Shown: piece by piece, positions 1-377 of the stretch
How positions within the stretch are numbered: the stretch's first letter is position 1
Layout of the letters: every line of letters starts with the position of its first letter
Source of the DNA: a phage
DNA length: 377 nucleotides
Direction: 5' to 3' (one strand)
Sequence record: OP360900.1
Made by a program: the position numbers and the translations under genes
Notes under the pieces: generated by a model
What the model was told of the DNA's origin: nothing
Seen by the model: the letters and a program-made list of their open reading frames with translations, nothing else
Databases searched by the model: none

Positions 1-377
1 CTGACTGCTGACGTTCTGATTTACGACATCGAAGACGCAATGAACCACTATGACGTGCGTTCTGAGTACACTGCACAGTTGGGTGAGTCTCTGGCTCTGG
101 CTGCTGACGGCGCGGTTCTGGCTGAAATGGCTAAGCTGTGTAACCTCCCGGCTAAAAACAACGAGAACATCGCTGGCTTGGGTACTGCAAGTGTTCTGGA
201 AGTTGGTGAAGCTGCTACGCTTCAGGGCGACCAAGTGAAGCTGGGTCAGGCAATCATCGCACAGTTGACTCTGGCTCGTGCACGTCTGACTAAGAACTAT
301 GTTCCGTCTGCTGACCGTACCTTCTACACGACTCCTGATAACTACTCCGCGATTCTGGCTGCTCTGATGCCCAACGC
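1..377 (+). CDS. 10: Major capsid protein of a T7-like phage (gp10A homolog), internal fragment, partial at both 5' and 3' ends; reading frame 1 (codon 1 = nt 1-3)
   Basis: Frame 1 is open across the entire window (125 codons, no stops). The translation contains motifs I recognise from T7 gp10A: LTADVLIYDIEDAMNHYDVRSEY at the N-terminal end and NYVP.ADR.FY..PD.YSAILAALMPN at the C-terminal end. Codon usage is strongly biased toward preferred enterobacterial codons (CTG Leu, GCT Ala, GGT Gly, CGT Arg, AAC Asn, GAC Asp), as expected for a highly expressed late phage structural gene. The start codon, T7-tag-like N-terminus, stop codon and gp10B frameshift site all lie outside the window. Identification is from recalled sequence, not from a database search. 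Confidence 0.93.
   Translation, partial: MTADVLIYDIEDAMNHYDVRSEYTAQLGESLALAADGAVLAEMAKLCNLPAKNNENIAGLGTASVLEVGEAATLQGDQVKLGQAIIAQLTLARARLTKNYVPSADRTFYTTPDNYSAILAALMPN

Noticed and set aside
17-34. Possible T7-type phage promoter, because TACGAC (nt 22-27) resembles part of the TAATACGACTCACTATAG consensus
   Set aside because: Only the 6-nt core matches; the flanking bases do not fit the consensus, including the essential positions around the transcription start. It is a chance match inside coding sequence.
91-102. Tandem hexamer CTGGCTCTGGCT as a possible repeat or regulatory element
   Set aside because: It is two in-phase Leu-Ala codon pairs (LALA) using preferred codons; too short and fully explained by the coding sequence.
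151-163. Possible programmed frameshift site at the A-rich run GCTAAAAACAACG, considered because T7 gene 10 is known for the -1 frameshift that produces gp10B
   Set aside because: The run does not form a canonical X XXY YYZ slippery heptamer in the coding frame. The known gp10A/10B frameshift is near the 3' end of the gene, more than 100 codons downstream of this window.
50-238. 62-aa ORF from the supplied six-frame track (+ strand, frame 2), MTCVLSTLHSWVSLWLWLL...
   Set aside because: It lies wholly inside the capsid CDS in the +1 offset frame. Its Trp/Leu-rich, low-complexity composition is the expected by-product of reading CTG/GCT/GGT-rich coding sequence out of frame, and it has no visible ribosome-binding site. 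I know of no overlapping gene at this position in T7-like gene 10.
1-377. Novel defence, anti-defence or other undescribed system suggested by the task framing
   Set aside because: A single open frame occupies the whole window and encodes a well-known structural protein. There is no room for an additional gene on either strand and no non-coding structure unexplained by the CDS.

Overview
The whole 377-nt window is an internal fragment of one protein-coding gene on the + strand, frame 1, open from nt 1 to the end with no stop codon and truncated at both ends. Its 125-codon translation (LTADVLIYDIEDAMNHYDVRSEYTAQLGESLALAADGAVLAEMAKLCNLPAKNNENIAGLGTASVLEVGEAATLQGDQVKLGQAIIAQLTLARARLTKNYVPSADRTFYTTPDNYSAILAALMPN) is recognisable as the major capsid protein of a T7-like podovirus (T7 gene 10 / gp10A family, HK97 fold), covering roughly residues 100-225 of a ~345-aa protein. 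The two ends match T7 gp10A as I recall it almost exactly, while the centre is clearly diverged, so this is a relative of T7 rather than T7 itself or a T7-derived vector. The only ORF in the supplied track (50..238, + strand) is an out-of-frame overlap and is not a gene. I see no RNA gene, mobile element, CRISPR array, promoter or terminator, and no evidence of a novel or undescribed system: this is an ordinary, well-characterised phage structural gene fragment.
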